Positions 1-7,859 of a DNA stretch of 15,321 nt are shown here, piece after piece. This stretch comes from Vulcanimicrobiaceae bacterium (GTDB taxonomy: Bacteria > Vulcanimicrobiota > Vulcanimicrobiia > Vulcanimicrobiales > Vulcanimicrobiaceae), in the NCBI GenBank assembly GCA_046262595.1, contig JBHEMM010000016.1:1-15321 (forward strand), given 5' to 3'. Position 1 is the stretch's first letter. Every line of letters starts with the position of its first letter. Under the pieces are notes generated by a model. That model searched no databases. It was given only the letters and a program-made list of their open reading frames with translations, and had not been told where the DNA came from. Both the position numbers and the translations under genes were made by a program.

Positions 1-518
1 GTTCTTCTTCTCGTCCCTCTCGATGGAAGCGGTGGGACGCGCGGGCGGCAAAGTCGTCGAGAACGTGCGCGAGCAGTTCGCGGGAAACCCCGGCATCATG
101 GCCGGTACCTCGCGTCCCGACTATGCATCCACGGTCGACATCGTGACGCGCGCGGCCCTCAAAGAGATGATCGTGCCGGCGCTCATTCCCGTCGGCGTTC
201 CGATCGTCATCGTCGTCCTCGGACGCCTCAACGTGTTTCCGGGCATCAGCGCCGCGCAGGTTATGGGCGGCATGCTGATGGGCGCGATCATCACCGGTCT
301 GTTCCTGGCCATTGCGATGACCAGCGGCTTGGGACAACGCCAAAAAGTACATCGAAGACGGGCACAACGGCGGAAAAGGCTCCGACGCGCATAAAGCCGC
401 GGTCACCGGCGACACGGTCGGCGATCCGTACAAAGACACGGCCGGCCCGGCGATCAACCCGATGATCAAGGTGCTGAACATCGTCGCGCTTCTTCTAGTC
501 GCGTACCTTATCCACTAG
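1..518 (+). pseudogene. hppA: C-terminal part of membrane H+/Na+-translocating pyrophosphatase, frameshifted at about 329 (real lesion or assembly error)
   Basis: The frame starting at 2 reads [62 protein letters not shown]. From 330 the +1 frame continues [62 protein letters not shown], stop TAG at 516-518. These are hallmark H+-PPase motifs. Confidence 0.93.
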
Positions 519-540
519 AGCGCGACCGGCGGAGAACAAG

Positions 541-568
541 CGGGCGGTCCCTTGCGAGAGGCCGCCCG
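541..568 (+). other. GC-rich stem-loop after hppA (no U-tract)
   Basis: CGGGCGGTC...GGCCGCCCG inverted repeat 22 nt after the stop codon. Confidence 0.4.
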
Positions 569-609
569 ATGCGTTTCCGTTACGCCGCTAGAGGTAAAAC
601 AGCATTTAT

Positions 610-1530
610 ATGAACCGCATCGTTGCCGCCGCGCTTGCGGCCGTTCTGGCGCTCACTGCAGCGGCGCCCGCACTTGCCTACTCCGACGAGGAGCAGCAAG
701 AGCTGCAGATTGGCCAGCAAGTCTATCAGCAGCTGCAGCAAAAGGGCGAAATCGTGCGAAGCTCGCCGGATTATACGACCCTGAACTCGATCGCCGCGCG
801 CATTAAGCCGGTCGCCGATCGCAACTATTTCGTGCCTTTTCACTTCATTCTGGTGAACGAGAAGTCTCCGAACGCATTCTCGGTTCCCGGCGGCAACGTC
901 TACGTAACGACCTCGATGATGCGTTTCGTGCACAACAAGGAAGAACTCGCCGGCGTGTTGTGCCACGAGGTCAACCACGACATCCATCACGACGTCTACA
1001 ATCTGTACGCCAAAGAGCAGCGTCTCTCACTCTACGCAGGCCTTGCCTCCATCCTGTTCGGACGCAATAGCGACATCGTCAATACGGGAATCAATCTCGC
1101 CGCGAACCTGCAGGCGCTGCACTTCTCGCGCGACGTCGAACACAGCGCCGACCACGGCGGCGCATACACGTGCGCGCAAGCCGGCATCACCCCGTACGCA
1201 ATGATTTGGCTCATGCAGCAGTTCGAAGCGAACCCCAGCGGCACGCCGCCGGAATTCCTCTCCGATCATCCCAGCGACAGCCACCGCATCGGCGCGCTGC
1301 AGTCGGAGTTTTCTTCCGACCCTTCCACGTTCTCGCGTTTCAATCAGAATATCGCCTGTTCGACGCCAATCGGCGTAGCCGGATGGAACGATCAATACCA
1401 AGGCGGCTGCGGACGCCGTCAGCAAACCGGAGCCGCGCCACGGTCCCGTTCGCGGTCCGGCGCACGCCCGATCGCGCCGGTGGCAGCTTCGAGCAAACCG
1501 AGATGCCCGAGTGGCTGGAAGTTCTGCTAG
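610..1530 (+). CDS. Secreted M48-family zinc metallopeptidase (BepA/YfgC-like catalytic domain)
   Basis: Signal peptide ending ALA-YS; PNAFSVPGGNVYV; EELAGVLCHEVNH (HExxH); FSRDVEHSAD; FLSDHPSDSHRI. Confidence 0.9.
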   Translation: MNRIVAAALAAVLALTAAAPALAYSDEEQQELQIGQQVYQQLQQKGEIVRSSPDYTTLNSIAARIKPVADRNYFVPFHFILVNEKSPNAFSVPGGNVYVTTSMMRFVHNKEELAGVLCHEVNHDIHHDVYNLYAKEQRLSLYAGLASILFGRNSDIVNTGINLAANLQALHFSRDVEHSADHGGAYTCAQAGITPYAMIWLMQQFEANPSGTPPEFLSDHPSDSHRIGALQSEFSSDPSTFSRFNQNIACSTPIGVAGWNDQYQGGCGRRQQTGAAPRSRSRSGARPIAPVAASSKPRCPSGWKFC

Positions 1531-1540
1531 GCGACGCGCA

Positions 1541-2059
1541 TTAAGCGGCGGCTACGGCCGTCAACGCGGTGTAGCGCTGATAGATGATGACATACGAAAC
1601 GATTAGCGCGCTCACCGCAAACGCCAGAACGCCGTCGCCCGCGAGCGAAGCCGCCGGGCCCGAATGCGGCGCGAGATACCGCACCAGCGCGCGCAAGCCG
1701 AACGCGACCAGCCACACGAGTACGATGAGCGGCGAGCTCCGGACGTCGATCACACCACGTTTCTCCGTCGCGCGCACCTCGCTGTGCCGGCCGCGTACCC
1801 AGCCGAGGGGAATCCCCGCGAGCGCGCCGGCGAGCAGTGCCGCGCCCACTTCCCACGCGGGCGCGGGAACGGCGCCGAGCCGCGAGGCAGCTGCGGCGCC
1901 CCCCCAAACGCTCAGAGCCGTCAGCGCAACCAGGAAGATCGGCATAATAGCTAACCGAACAACGCTCATGCGCTGCGGCCGCGCCATGCGGTAGATGAAA
2001 AGGCCGATCACGGCGGCGTAGATCAGAACCGTCACATTGAACGGCGGCGCTGAATGCAT
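1541..2059 (-). CDS. CcdC/DUF1453-like integral membrane protein
   Basis: About 5 hydrophobic segments; IYRMARPQRMSVVRLAIMP and GIPLGWVRG..VLVWLVAFGLR resemble DUF1453 proteins. Confidence 0.7.
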   Translation of the reverse strand: MHSAPPFNVTVLIYAAVIGLFIYRMARPQRMSVVRLAIMPIFLVALTALSVWGGAAAASRLGAVPAPAWEVGAALLAGALAGIPLGWVRGRHSEVRATEKRGVIDVRSSPLIVLVWLVAFGLRALVRYLAPHSGPAASLAGDGVLAFAVSALIVSYVIIYQRYTALTAVAAA

Positions 2060-2074
2060 TTTGCGTATCCTTAC

Positions 2075-2500
2075 TTACTTGACCATGACATCTTTTAGCG
2101 GCTCAGTACCGGTTAATTCGATGACTGCCGGCGCTTTCGTCATCGCGTAATGCGCGAGCCCCGGGGCCAGCGATATGAACGAACCGGCCGGGAACGCCGT
2201 CAGTTTTTTGGCATCGTATTTCTTGCCGACACCGGCGTAAAACACGCCCGAAATGACGGTCACGTTTTCACGGCCCGGGTGGTAGTGGGCCGGGAAAACC
2301 CAGTTTGTCCCGGTCTTCAAGCGGACGGCATAAAAGCCGGGCTTGCTGGGATTCCCGTACAACACCGCCATTGAGAAGCCGCCCTGCTGTTTGACCCAAT
2401 GCTCTTGACCCGGCATGACGAAGACGGGGCCGGCCGCTGCCGTGACCGCCGCCGCCCTTAAAGCAACCAGCACCGCAAACGCCAAAAAGTAGGAACGCAT
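2075..2500 (-). CDS. Secreted cupin-domain protein
   Basis: Signal peptide; cupin motifs PAHYHPGRENVTVISG and AGSFISLAPGLAHYA; GGAGG RBS at 2505-2509. Confidence 0.85.
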   Translation of the reverse strand: MRSYFLAFAVLVALRAAAVTAAAGPVFVMPGQEHWVKQQGGFSMAVLYGNPSKPGFYAVRLKTGTNWVFPAHYHPGRENVTVISGVFYAGVGKKYDAKKLTAFPAGSFISLAPGLAHYAMTKAPAVIELTGTEPLKDVMVK

Positions 2501-2515
2501 AAGACCTCCATCGGT

Positions 2516-2549
2516 AAAGAAAAAGGAGCGTACGCGCGTACACTCCTTT
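2516..2549 (-). terminator. Intrinsic terminator after rplL
   Basis: Minus strand AAAGGAGTGTAC-GCGC-GTACGCTCCTTT followed by TTCTTT. Confidence 0.8.
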
Positions 2550-2568
2550 CTCCGGGCCCGGATTCCTG

Positions 2569-2937
2569 TTACTTGACTTCGACGCTCGCGCCGGCGTCTT
2601 CCAGCTTCTTTTTGACGGCCGCGGCTTCGTCTTTGCTTACGCCTTCTTTGACCGCTTTGGGCGCGCTTTCCACGAACGTCTTCGCCTCGGTCAGTCCCAG
2701 GCTCGTGATTTCGCGAACCGCTTTGATCACTTTGATTTTTTCCGCTCCTGCGGCGGTGAGCACGACGTCGAACTCTGTTTTTTCGGCAGCGGGCGCGGCG
2801 GCGGCCGCGGGGGCGGCCATCATCATGGCCGGTGCTGCGGCGCTGACGCCGTATTTTTCTTCGAGCTGCTTGACGAGATCCGCGAGCTCCAGAACGGTGA
2901 GTTTATCGATCGTTTCAATGATTTCGGCTAGTGCCAT
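2569..2937 (-). CDS. rplL: 50S ribosomal protein L7/L12
   Basis: [52 protein letters not shown]. Confidence 0.99.
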   Translation of the reverse strand: MALAEIIETIDKLTVLELADLVKQLEEKYGVSAAAPAMMMAAPAAAAAPAAEKTEFDVVLTAAGAEKIKVIKAVREITSLGLTEAKTFVESAPKAVKEGVSKDEAAAVKKKLEDAGASVEVK

Positions 2938-2952
2938 GATGCATGTTCTCCT

Positions 2953-3483
2953 TTAAGCGGATGCCGCGGCTTCTTTTTGCTCGCGGATCGAATTGAGCAC
3001 GCGGACGAGTCCGCTTTGGTTGCCCGAAAGCACGGTAACCAGACCGCGCAGCGGGCTTGCAATCGAACCGGCCAGTCTGGCCATCAGTTCTATGCGTGAG
3101 GGAAGCGCTGCAAGCACTTTGACCTGCGCTCCGTCGACGATGCGGCCTTCGATATACGCGGCCTTCACTTCGATGGGTTTGACGTCGTCGGAGAATTTCT
3201 TCAAGGCTTTGGCCGGTGCTACCGGATCTTTGCCGGCGAACACGATGGCCGTTGGGCCGCGCAGGAATTGCTCGAGTTGCGCGCCGAGCTCTTTGCCCGC
3301 GGCAATCGAGAAGAGCGAATTCTTGGCCACTGCGTAGGTGCTGCCGTCCTTGCGGAGCTCGACGCGCAAGCGCGTAATGTCCTGGACGGTCAGACCCGCG
3401 TAATTGGTGAAAAACAAATTGCCCGATTGTTCGAGGCGCTCTTTGAGCTCACCGATCGCGGCTTCTTTTTTTGCGGTTGGCAT
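2953..3483 (-). CDS. rplJ: 50S ribosomal protein L10
   Basis: YAGLTVQDITRLRVELR, VAKNSL, GPTAIVF, LAALPSRIEL; lies directly upstream of rplL. Confidence 0.98.
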   Translation of the reverse strand: MPTAKKEAAIGELKERLEQSGNLFFTNYAGLTVQDITRLRVELRKDGSTYAVAKNSLFSIAAGKELGAQLEQFLRGPTAIVFAGKDPVAPAKALKKFSDDVKPIEVKAAYIEGRIVDGAQVKVLAALPSRIELMARLAGSIASPLRGLVTVLSGNQSGLVRVLNSIREQKEAAASA

Positions 3484-3489
3484 AACATA

Positions 3490-3643
3490 CTTTCAAAAAA
3501 GAAAAGCGTTCGACTCCACAGGGGAGGAACGCCAACCGGATCCGCTGCGATGCCGCAGCCTGACAGTCGTGAACGTCCTGGGCGATACTGCGGCCTTGCG
3601 GCCGGAAATTAAGGGCGCGAGCCCTATCGCTGTCTGTGGAGCC
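3490..3643 (-). promoter_or_regulatory. L10 leader (rplJL autoregulatory RNA) with attenuator-like terminator at 3495-3533
   Basis: Minus strand CCACAGACAGCGATAGGG..CCCTTAAT..TATCGCCCAGG resembles the L10-leader pattern. Stem GCGTTC..GAACGC is followed by TTTTCTTTTTT just before the rplJ start. Confidence 0.75.
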
Positions 3644-3649
3644 TGGGCG

Positions 3650-3678
3650 AGTATAGCAGACCCAGCTGCGCCACGCAA
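3650..3678 (-). promoter_or_regulatory. Sigma70-type promoter for rplJL
   Basis: Minus strand TTGCGT-17 nt-TATACT with an extended -10 TG (TGcTATACT). Confidence 0.7.
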
Positions 3679-3759
3679 CGGGTGAGCGCCATAGGTGCAA
3701 ACCGCCCCTGCTTCTTGAGCTTGCCGCTCCCTGCGCCATTCCGTTCCTGGAGGCGTTTT

Positions 3760-4461
3760 TTACGCGTGCGTTTTAACGTGGGCCGGGTCGACTTTGACCC
3801 CGGGACCCATCGTGCTGGTCAGCGTGATGCTGCGCAGGTAGGTGCCTTTGGATGCCGCCGGTTTCGCGCGCACGATCGCATCGAGCAGAGCCTGCACGTT
3901 TTCATTCAGCTGCTGTTCGCCGAAGCTCGCCTTGCCGACGATCGTGTGGATGATGCCCGTCTTATCCAAGCGGTACTCGACTTTACCGGCCTTGATGTCG
4001 CGGATCGCCGCGCCGATGTTCGCCGAAACGGTGCCGGCTTTCGGGTTGGGCATTTTTTGCGCGAGGACGCGGCCAAGCTCTTTGCCGACGGAGGCCATCA
4101 TATCCGGCGTCGCGACCGCGATGTCAAAATCCGCAAAACCGGCCTTCACCTTGTCGATCAGGTCCTGCTCACCGACGAAATCGGCACCCGCAGCCTCGGC
4201 TTCTTTGCCTTTGTCACCGCGCGCAAACGCGATAACGCGCACCGTGCGGCCGGTGCCGTGCGGCAGAAGGACGGTGCCCCGCACGTTCTGGTCGCTCTTT
4301 TTCGGGTCGACGCCCAAACGGATATGCGCTTCGACCGTTTCGTCGAACTTCGCGTTTGCATTCTTCTTGACCATCGAGACCGCTTCGCCGGCCTCGAACA
4401 GCTGCTTACCGTCGAACGTTTTGGCCGCACTGATGAAACGCTTGCCGTGAACACGCGCCAT
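3760..4461 (-). CDS. rplA: 50S ribosomal protein L1
   Basis: [52 protein letters not shown]. Confidence 0.99.
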   Translation of the reverse strand: MARVHGKRFISAAKTFDGKQLFEAGEAVSMVKKNANAKFDETVEAHIRLGVDPKKSDQNVRGTVLLPHGTGRTVRVIAFARGDKGKEAEAAGADFVGEQDLIDKVKAGFADFDIAVATPDMMASVGKELGRVLAQKMPNPKAGTVSANIGAAIRDIKAGKVEYRLDKTGIIHTIVGKASFGEQQLNENVQALLDAIVRAKPAASKGTYLRSITLTSTMGPGVKVDPAHVKTHA

Positions 4462-4886
4462 TATGCTTCCACCTCGACGCCCATCGAACGCGCGGTGCCG
4501 GCGATGATGTTCTTGGCAGCGGCCATATCGTTCGCGTTAATGTCGGGCATCTTCACTTTGGCGATCTCTTCGATCTGCGCGTTCGTGAGTTTGCCGACCT
4601 TGTTGCGGTTGGGCTCTTTGGAACCGGACTCGATCTTGAGCGCTTGTTTGATTAAGAATGAAGCCGGCGGCGTCTTCGTGATGAACGTGAACGTGCGGTC
4701 TTCATAGACGGTGATTTCCACCGGAATAATCATGCCCGCTTGCGAGGCAGTGCGTTCGTTGTACTGCTTGCAAAAGTCCATGATGTTCAAGCTGTACGGT
4801 CCCAAAGCCGGGCCGATCGGCGGCGCGGGCGTTGCTTTGCCGGCCGGAATCTGCAGGCCGATTTTGCCTGTGACTTTCTTTGCCAT
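4461..4886 (-). CDS. rplK: 50S ribosomal protein L11
   Basis: [43 protein letters not shown]; stop overlaps the rplA start (TAATG). Confidence 0.99.
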   Translation of the reverse strand: MAKKVTGKIGLQIPAGKATPAPPIGPALGPYSLNIMDFCKQYNERTASQAGMIIPVEITVYEDRTFTFITKTPPASFLIKQALKIESGSKEPNRNKVGKLTNAQIEEIAKVKMPDINANDMAAAKNIIAGTARSMGVEVEA

Positions 4887-4957
4887 GTTTTCCCTTCGTT
4901 CGTGAGAACTGCCCCTCGATAAACCGCGCGCCCGGGGTCGCCGCGCGCGGAAGCTTG

Positions 4958-5656
4958 CTAGACCTTTTCGATCTGGTAGAACTCGAGCTCGACCGGCGTT
5001 TCGCGCCCGAAAATCGATATCAGCGCGCGCACTTTTTCTTTCTCGGGCTGAATCTCATCCACGATGCCCGTGAAGTCGAAGAACGGCCCGGAGGTGACCT
5101 TGACGCGATCGCCTTTTTTGAAGTCGATCTTGAGCTTGGGCGTTTCGATCCCCATCTGCTTAAGAATCGTCTTCACTTCTTTGTCTTGCAGCGGAACGGG
5201 CTTCTCGCCGGCGCCCGGGCTGCCCACGAAACCGGTCACGCCCGACGTATTGCGCACGACGTACCAGGACTGGTCGTCCATGTCCATCTCAACGAGCACG
5301 TAGCCGGGAAACACTTTTTTCGGTGTGATCTTGCGCTTGCCGTCTTTGAACTCGACTTCGTCTTCCATGGGGACGAGCACGCGGAAGATCTTGTCCTGCA
5401 TGTTCATCGAATGGATGCGGCGCTCGAGATTGGCCTTGACTTTGTTCTCGTAGCCGGAATACGTGTGAATCACATACCAGTGCTTGCGATCGTCTTTGCC
5501 GGCGCGGACCGGTGCCGCATCGGGAAGCGCGGCCTCGGCCTCGGCGGCTCCAGCCAAATCGTTGCTGTGCGCGGCCTCGGTCAGGGCCTGCGCCTCCGAC
5601 TCGTGGGCCGGCACTTCGGCAAGCACGTCGTGCTCGTGGAGTTCGTTTTCGGTCAT
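4958..5656 (-). CDS. nusG: Transcription termination/antitermination factor NusG (232 aa, with acidic N-terminal extension)
   Basis: [43 protein letters not shown] motif [24 protein letters not shown] at 5656 overlaps the secE stop (ATGA), so the track's 5812 start is too long. Confidence 0.98.
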   Translation of the reverse strand: MTENELHEHDVLAEVPAHESEAQALTEAAHSNDLAGAAEAEAALPDAAPVRAGKDDRKHWYVIHTYSGYENKVKANLERRIHSMNMQDKIFRVLVPMEDEVEFKDGKRKITPKKVFPGYVLVEMDMDDQSWYVVRNTSGVTGFVGSPGAGEKPVPLQDKEVKTILKQMGIETPKLKIDFKKGDRVKVTSGPFFDFTGIVDEIQPEKEKVRALISIFGRETPVELEFYQIEKV

Positions 5657-5892
5657 TTCGCTATCGGATGCACGGCGCTGAAAACCCACGCGAAGAGCTG
5701 ATCGCACGCAAAGGTGAAAAGTCCGATGACCACCACCAGCACAATGGTAAGGATTGTCGCGGAAACCCACTCGTCGCGCGTCGGCCACGTGACGCGTTTC
5801 AGCTCGAGCCACACGCTCCGGACGAAATCCGAAGGGTTCTGGCCTGCTAATCGTTTGCGGGCGTCCGGCGAACCGCCGGGGGCCTTTGTCAT
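5653..5892 (-). CDS. secE: Preprotein translocase subunit SecE
   Basis: FVRSVWLELKRVTWPTRDE plus one transmembrane helix; AGGAG RBS at 5903-5907; start is ATG 5892 or GTG 5895. Confidence 0.95.
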   Translation of the reverse strand: MTKAPGGSPDARKRLAGQNPSDFVRSVWLELKRVTWPTRDEWVSATILTIVLVVVIGLFTFACDQLFAWVFSAVHPIAK

Positions 5893-5913
5893 CACGTGGT
5901 TACTCCTGAATAT

Positions 5914-5989
5914 TGGCAGGGCGGACAGGACTCGAACCTGCAACAACTCGTTTTGGAGACGAGGACTCTACCAATTGAGCTACCGCCCT
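5914..5989 (-). tRNA. tRNA-Trp(CCA)
   Basis: AGGGCGGTAGCTCAATTGGTAGAG..CTCGT-CTCCAAA-ACGAG..GGTTCGAGTCC..CCGCCCTGCCA; usual position before secE. Confidence 0.97.
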
Positions 5990-5997
5990 ACGGACGC

Positions 5998-6162
5998 TTA
6001 TTTGGTCTCGCGGTGCGGTTTATGGCAACGGCAGAACCGGCAATATTTACTCAGCTCCATGCGCTCCGAGGTCTTCTGCTTATTTTTTTGCGTGTTGTAG
6101 TTGCGGCGCTTGCACTCCGTGCACGCCATCACAACCATCACGCGATTTTCTTTCTTAGCCAC
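5998..6162 (-). CDS. rpmG: 50S ribosomal protein L33, zinc-ribbon (C+) type; absent from the ORF track
   Basis: Manual translation from [64 protein letters not shown] upstream. Confidence 0.97.
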   Translation of the reverse strand: MAKKENRVMVVMACTECKRRNYNTQKNKQKTSERMELSKYCRFCRCHKPHRETK

Positions 6163-6230
6163 GTTCCTCTACCGCTCGACTACCGCTCAACGTAAATATA
6201 ACGGACCCGAGGCCCGTTATGAGACGCCCT

Positions 6231-6260
6231 ACTATAGCACAGGGCGCCAAAACGTTTCAA
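6231..6260 (-). promoter_or_regulatory. Sigma70-type promoter for the rpmG-secE-nusG-rplKA operon
   Basis: Minus strand TTGAAA-18 nt-TATAGT with an extended -10 TG (TGcTATAGT). Confidence 0.7.
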
Positions 6261-6341
6261 GCATCGAAACCGCCGCCCGCCGGAACCGCCTCATGACCGC
6301 AGAGCCTAGCAGGCGCCCGGCCGGCGCCGGGCCGTTGAACT

Positions 6342-6415
6342 TGCGCCCGGCCAGAATCGAACTGGCAACCCCCGCCTTAGGAGTGCGGTGCTCTATCCAA
6401 TTGAGCTACGGGCGC
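6342..6415 (-). tRNA. tRNA-Arg(CCT), CCA end not encoded
   Basis: GCGCCCGTAGCTCAATTGGATAGAGCA-CCGCA-CTCCTAA-GGCGG..GCCAGTTCGATTCTGGC-CGGGCGCA; has the A20 Arg identity base. Confidence 0.92.
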
Positions 6416-6477
6416 ATTCGCGGAGTTTTCGCTTAGGCAGGAGTAGCGGCCTCGCGAGACGGTGAAGTGACCCGGTG

Positions 6478-7398
6478 ATGCATATGTCCGATCGGGGTTC
6501 AACGGATTACGAGCTGCTCGAAAAGCAGCTCGTGGGACTGCTTGAGGACGAGCGCAGCTTTCTTGCCAACGCGTCGAACTTCGCCGCCTTCGTGTTCACC
6601 TCACTGCCGGCAATCAACTGGGCCGGCTTTTATTTTCCTCATCCCGATGCGCTCGTGCTCGGACCGTTCGGCGGCCGCCCGGCGCGTTCGCGCCTGCCGC
6701 GCGGCCGCGGCGTGTGCGGCAAAGCATTCGCGGCCGGCCGCACGATCGTCGTCGACGACGTCACGCAATTCGACGATCACATCGCATGCGATTCCGCCTC
6801 GCGTTCCGAGATCGTCATACCGCTTCTCAAGGACGGCGCGATCTACGGCGTGTTCGATCTCGACGCGCCGATCGAGTCGCGCTTTTCCGCTGGGGATCGC
6901 GCGGCGCTCGAGCGGTTCGTACGGCGCTTTTTGGAATTCACGCCGGTGCCCGAGCAGTACCGTACGCCGCTCGAGGGCGGCGCGCACATCGGCGAGCGTA
7001 TCGATATTCAAACCTGCCGCGATCATCACACGGTGCTGCAATATCTTCTCGAGGACCTCGAGGCGGCGACCGATCCGCAAAAGCTCGCCGAGCTGCTGTC
7101 CCGCTTCAAAAACGTGCTGCTGGCACATCTTCGCCTGGAAGACGATTGGCTCTACCCGCGCCTGCTCAAAAGCGAAAACGAGATCGTCCGACAGAAAGCG
7201 CACACGTATCGCGAGGCGATGGGCGGCCTCCGTCAAACGTTTTTGACGCTATGGACGGCATGGTCGCCGGCCGGTGCGATCGCGGCGGATCCCCGCGCGT
7301 TCCGTTCCGATTGGACGGCATTCGCCCAGCGGCTGGGCGAACGAATGCACGCGGAAGATACGGATCTTTACCTCGCGGCAAACACGGATCTCAACTGA
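6478..7398 (+). CDS. fRMsr/MsrC-like GAF domain fused to a C-terminal hemerythrin/HHE-like domain
   Basis: N half: LANASNFAA, NWAGFY, LVLGPF, GRGVCG, FDDHIACDSASRSEIVIPL, GVFDLDAP. C half: DHH..LLAHLRLEDDWLYPRL..RMHAEDTDLY. Start could be 6475, 6478 or 6484. Confidence 0.85.
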   Translation: MHMSDRGSTDYELLEKQLVGLLEDERSFLANASNFAAFVFTSLPAINWAGFYFPHPDALVLGPFGGRPARSRLPRGRGVCGKAFAAGRTIVVDDVTQFDDHIACDSASRSEIVIPLLKDGAIYGVFDLDAPIESRFSAGDRAALERFVRRFLEFTPVPEQYRTPLEGGAHIGERIDIQTCRDHHTVLQYLLEDLEAATDPQKLAELLSRFKNVLLAHLRLEDDWLYPRLLKSENEIVRQKAHTYREAMGGLRQTFLTLWTAWSPAGAIAADPRAFRSDWTAFAQRLGERMHAEDTDLYLAANTDLN

Positions 7399-7426
7399 CC
7401 GCTGCGACGAACCGCGCTTGTTGGAA

Positions 7427-7501
7427 TGGAGCCGTTGACGGGGATTGAACCCGTGGCCTCGTCCTTACCAAGGACGTGCTCTACCACTGAGCTACAACGG
7501 C
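7427..7501 (-). tRNA. tRNA-Thr(GGT)
   Basis: GCCGTTGTAGCTCAGTGGTAGAGCA-CGTCC-TTGGTAA-GGACG..GGGTTCAATCCC..CAACGGCTCCA. Confidence 0.97.
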
Positions 7502-7511
7502 GTTCCACTGC

Positions 7512-7585
7512 TGGAGCGGGCGGCGGGAATCGAACCCGCGCTGTCTGCTTGGAAGGCAGAAGCACTACCACTATGCAACGCCCGC
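7512..7585 (-). tRNA. tRNA-Gly(TCC)
   Basis: GCGGGCGTTGCATAGTGGTAGTGCT-TCTGC-CTTCCAA-GCAGA..GGGTTCGATTCCC..CGCCCGCTCCA. Confidence 0.97.
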
Positions 7586-7592
7586 GAACCTC

Positions 7593-7680
7593 TGGTGGGC
7601 AGGGCTGGATTCGAACCAGCGTACAGCGTTAGCTGGACAGATTTACAGTCTGTTGCCTTTAACCACTCGGCCACCTACCC
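7593..7680 (-). tRNA. tRNA-Tyr(GTA)
   Basis: GGGTAGGTGGCCGAGTGGTTAAAGGCA-ACAGA-CTGTAAA-TCTGT, long variable arm, GCTGGTTCGAATCCAGC-CCTGCCCACCA. Confidence 0.97.
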
Positions 7681-7859
7681 AAAGGAAAGCCGCCGCGAAC
7701 GGCGGCTGAGCAGGGTACGATGCGCTCGCGCCCGAGTCCTACCCCGGGCGTTTTAATCGAATTCTGAGCGCGCTTTCAGACGACGCTCATGAATCCGCCG
7801 CTTGCCAAGACTATAACGTGATCAAGCATCTTCTTTCTCACGCTATAGGGAGCTTCGCA

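Noticed and set aside
3682..5701. Long plus-strand ORFs (3682..4707, 4880..5701) and similar antisense ORFs such as 7869..9059
   Set aside because: They are shadow frames opposite well-supported genes, as expected in high-GC DNA.
5657..5946. Extended starts for nusG (5812) and secE (5946) in the ORF track
   Set aside because: They run through secE and tRNA-Trp respectively. The ATGA coupling and the RBS support 5656 and 5892/5895.
6300..7700. tRNA-targeted integrative element or att duplication
   Set aside because: I saw no integrase, transposase or duplicated tRNA 3' end in the window.
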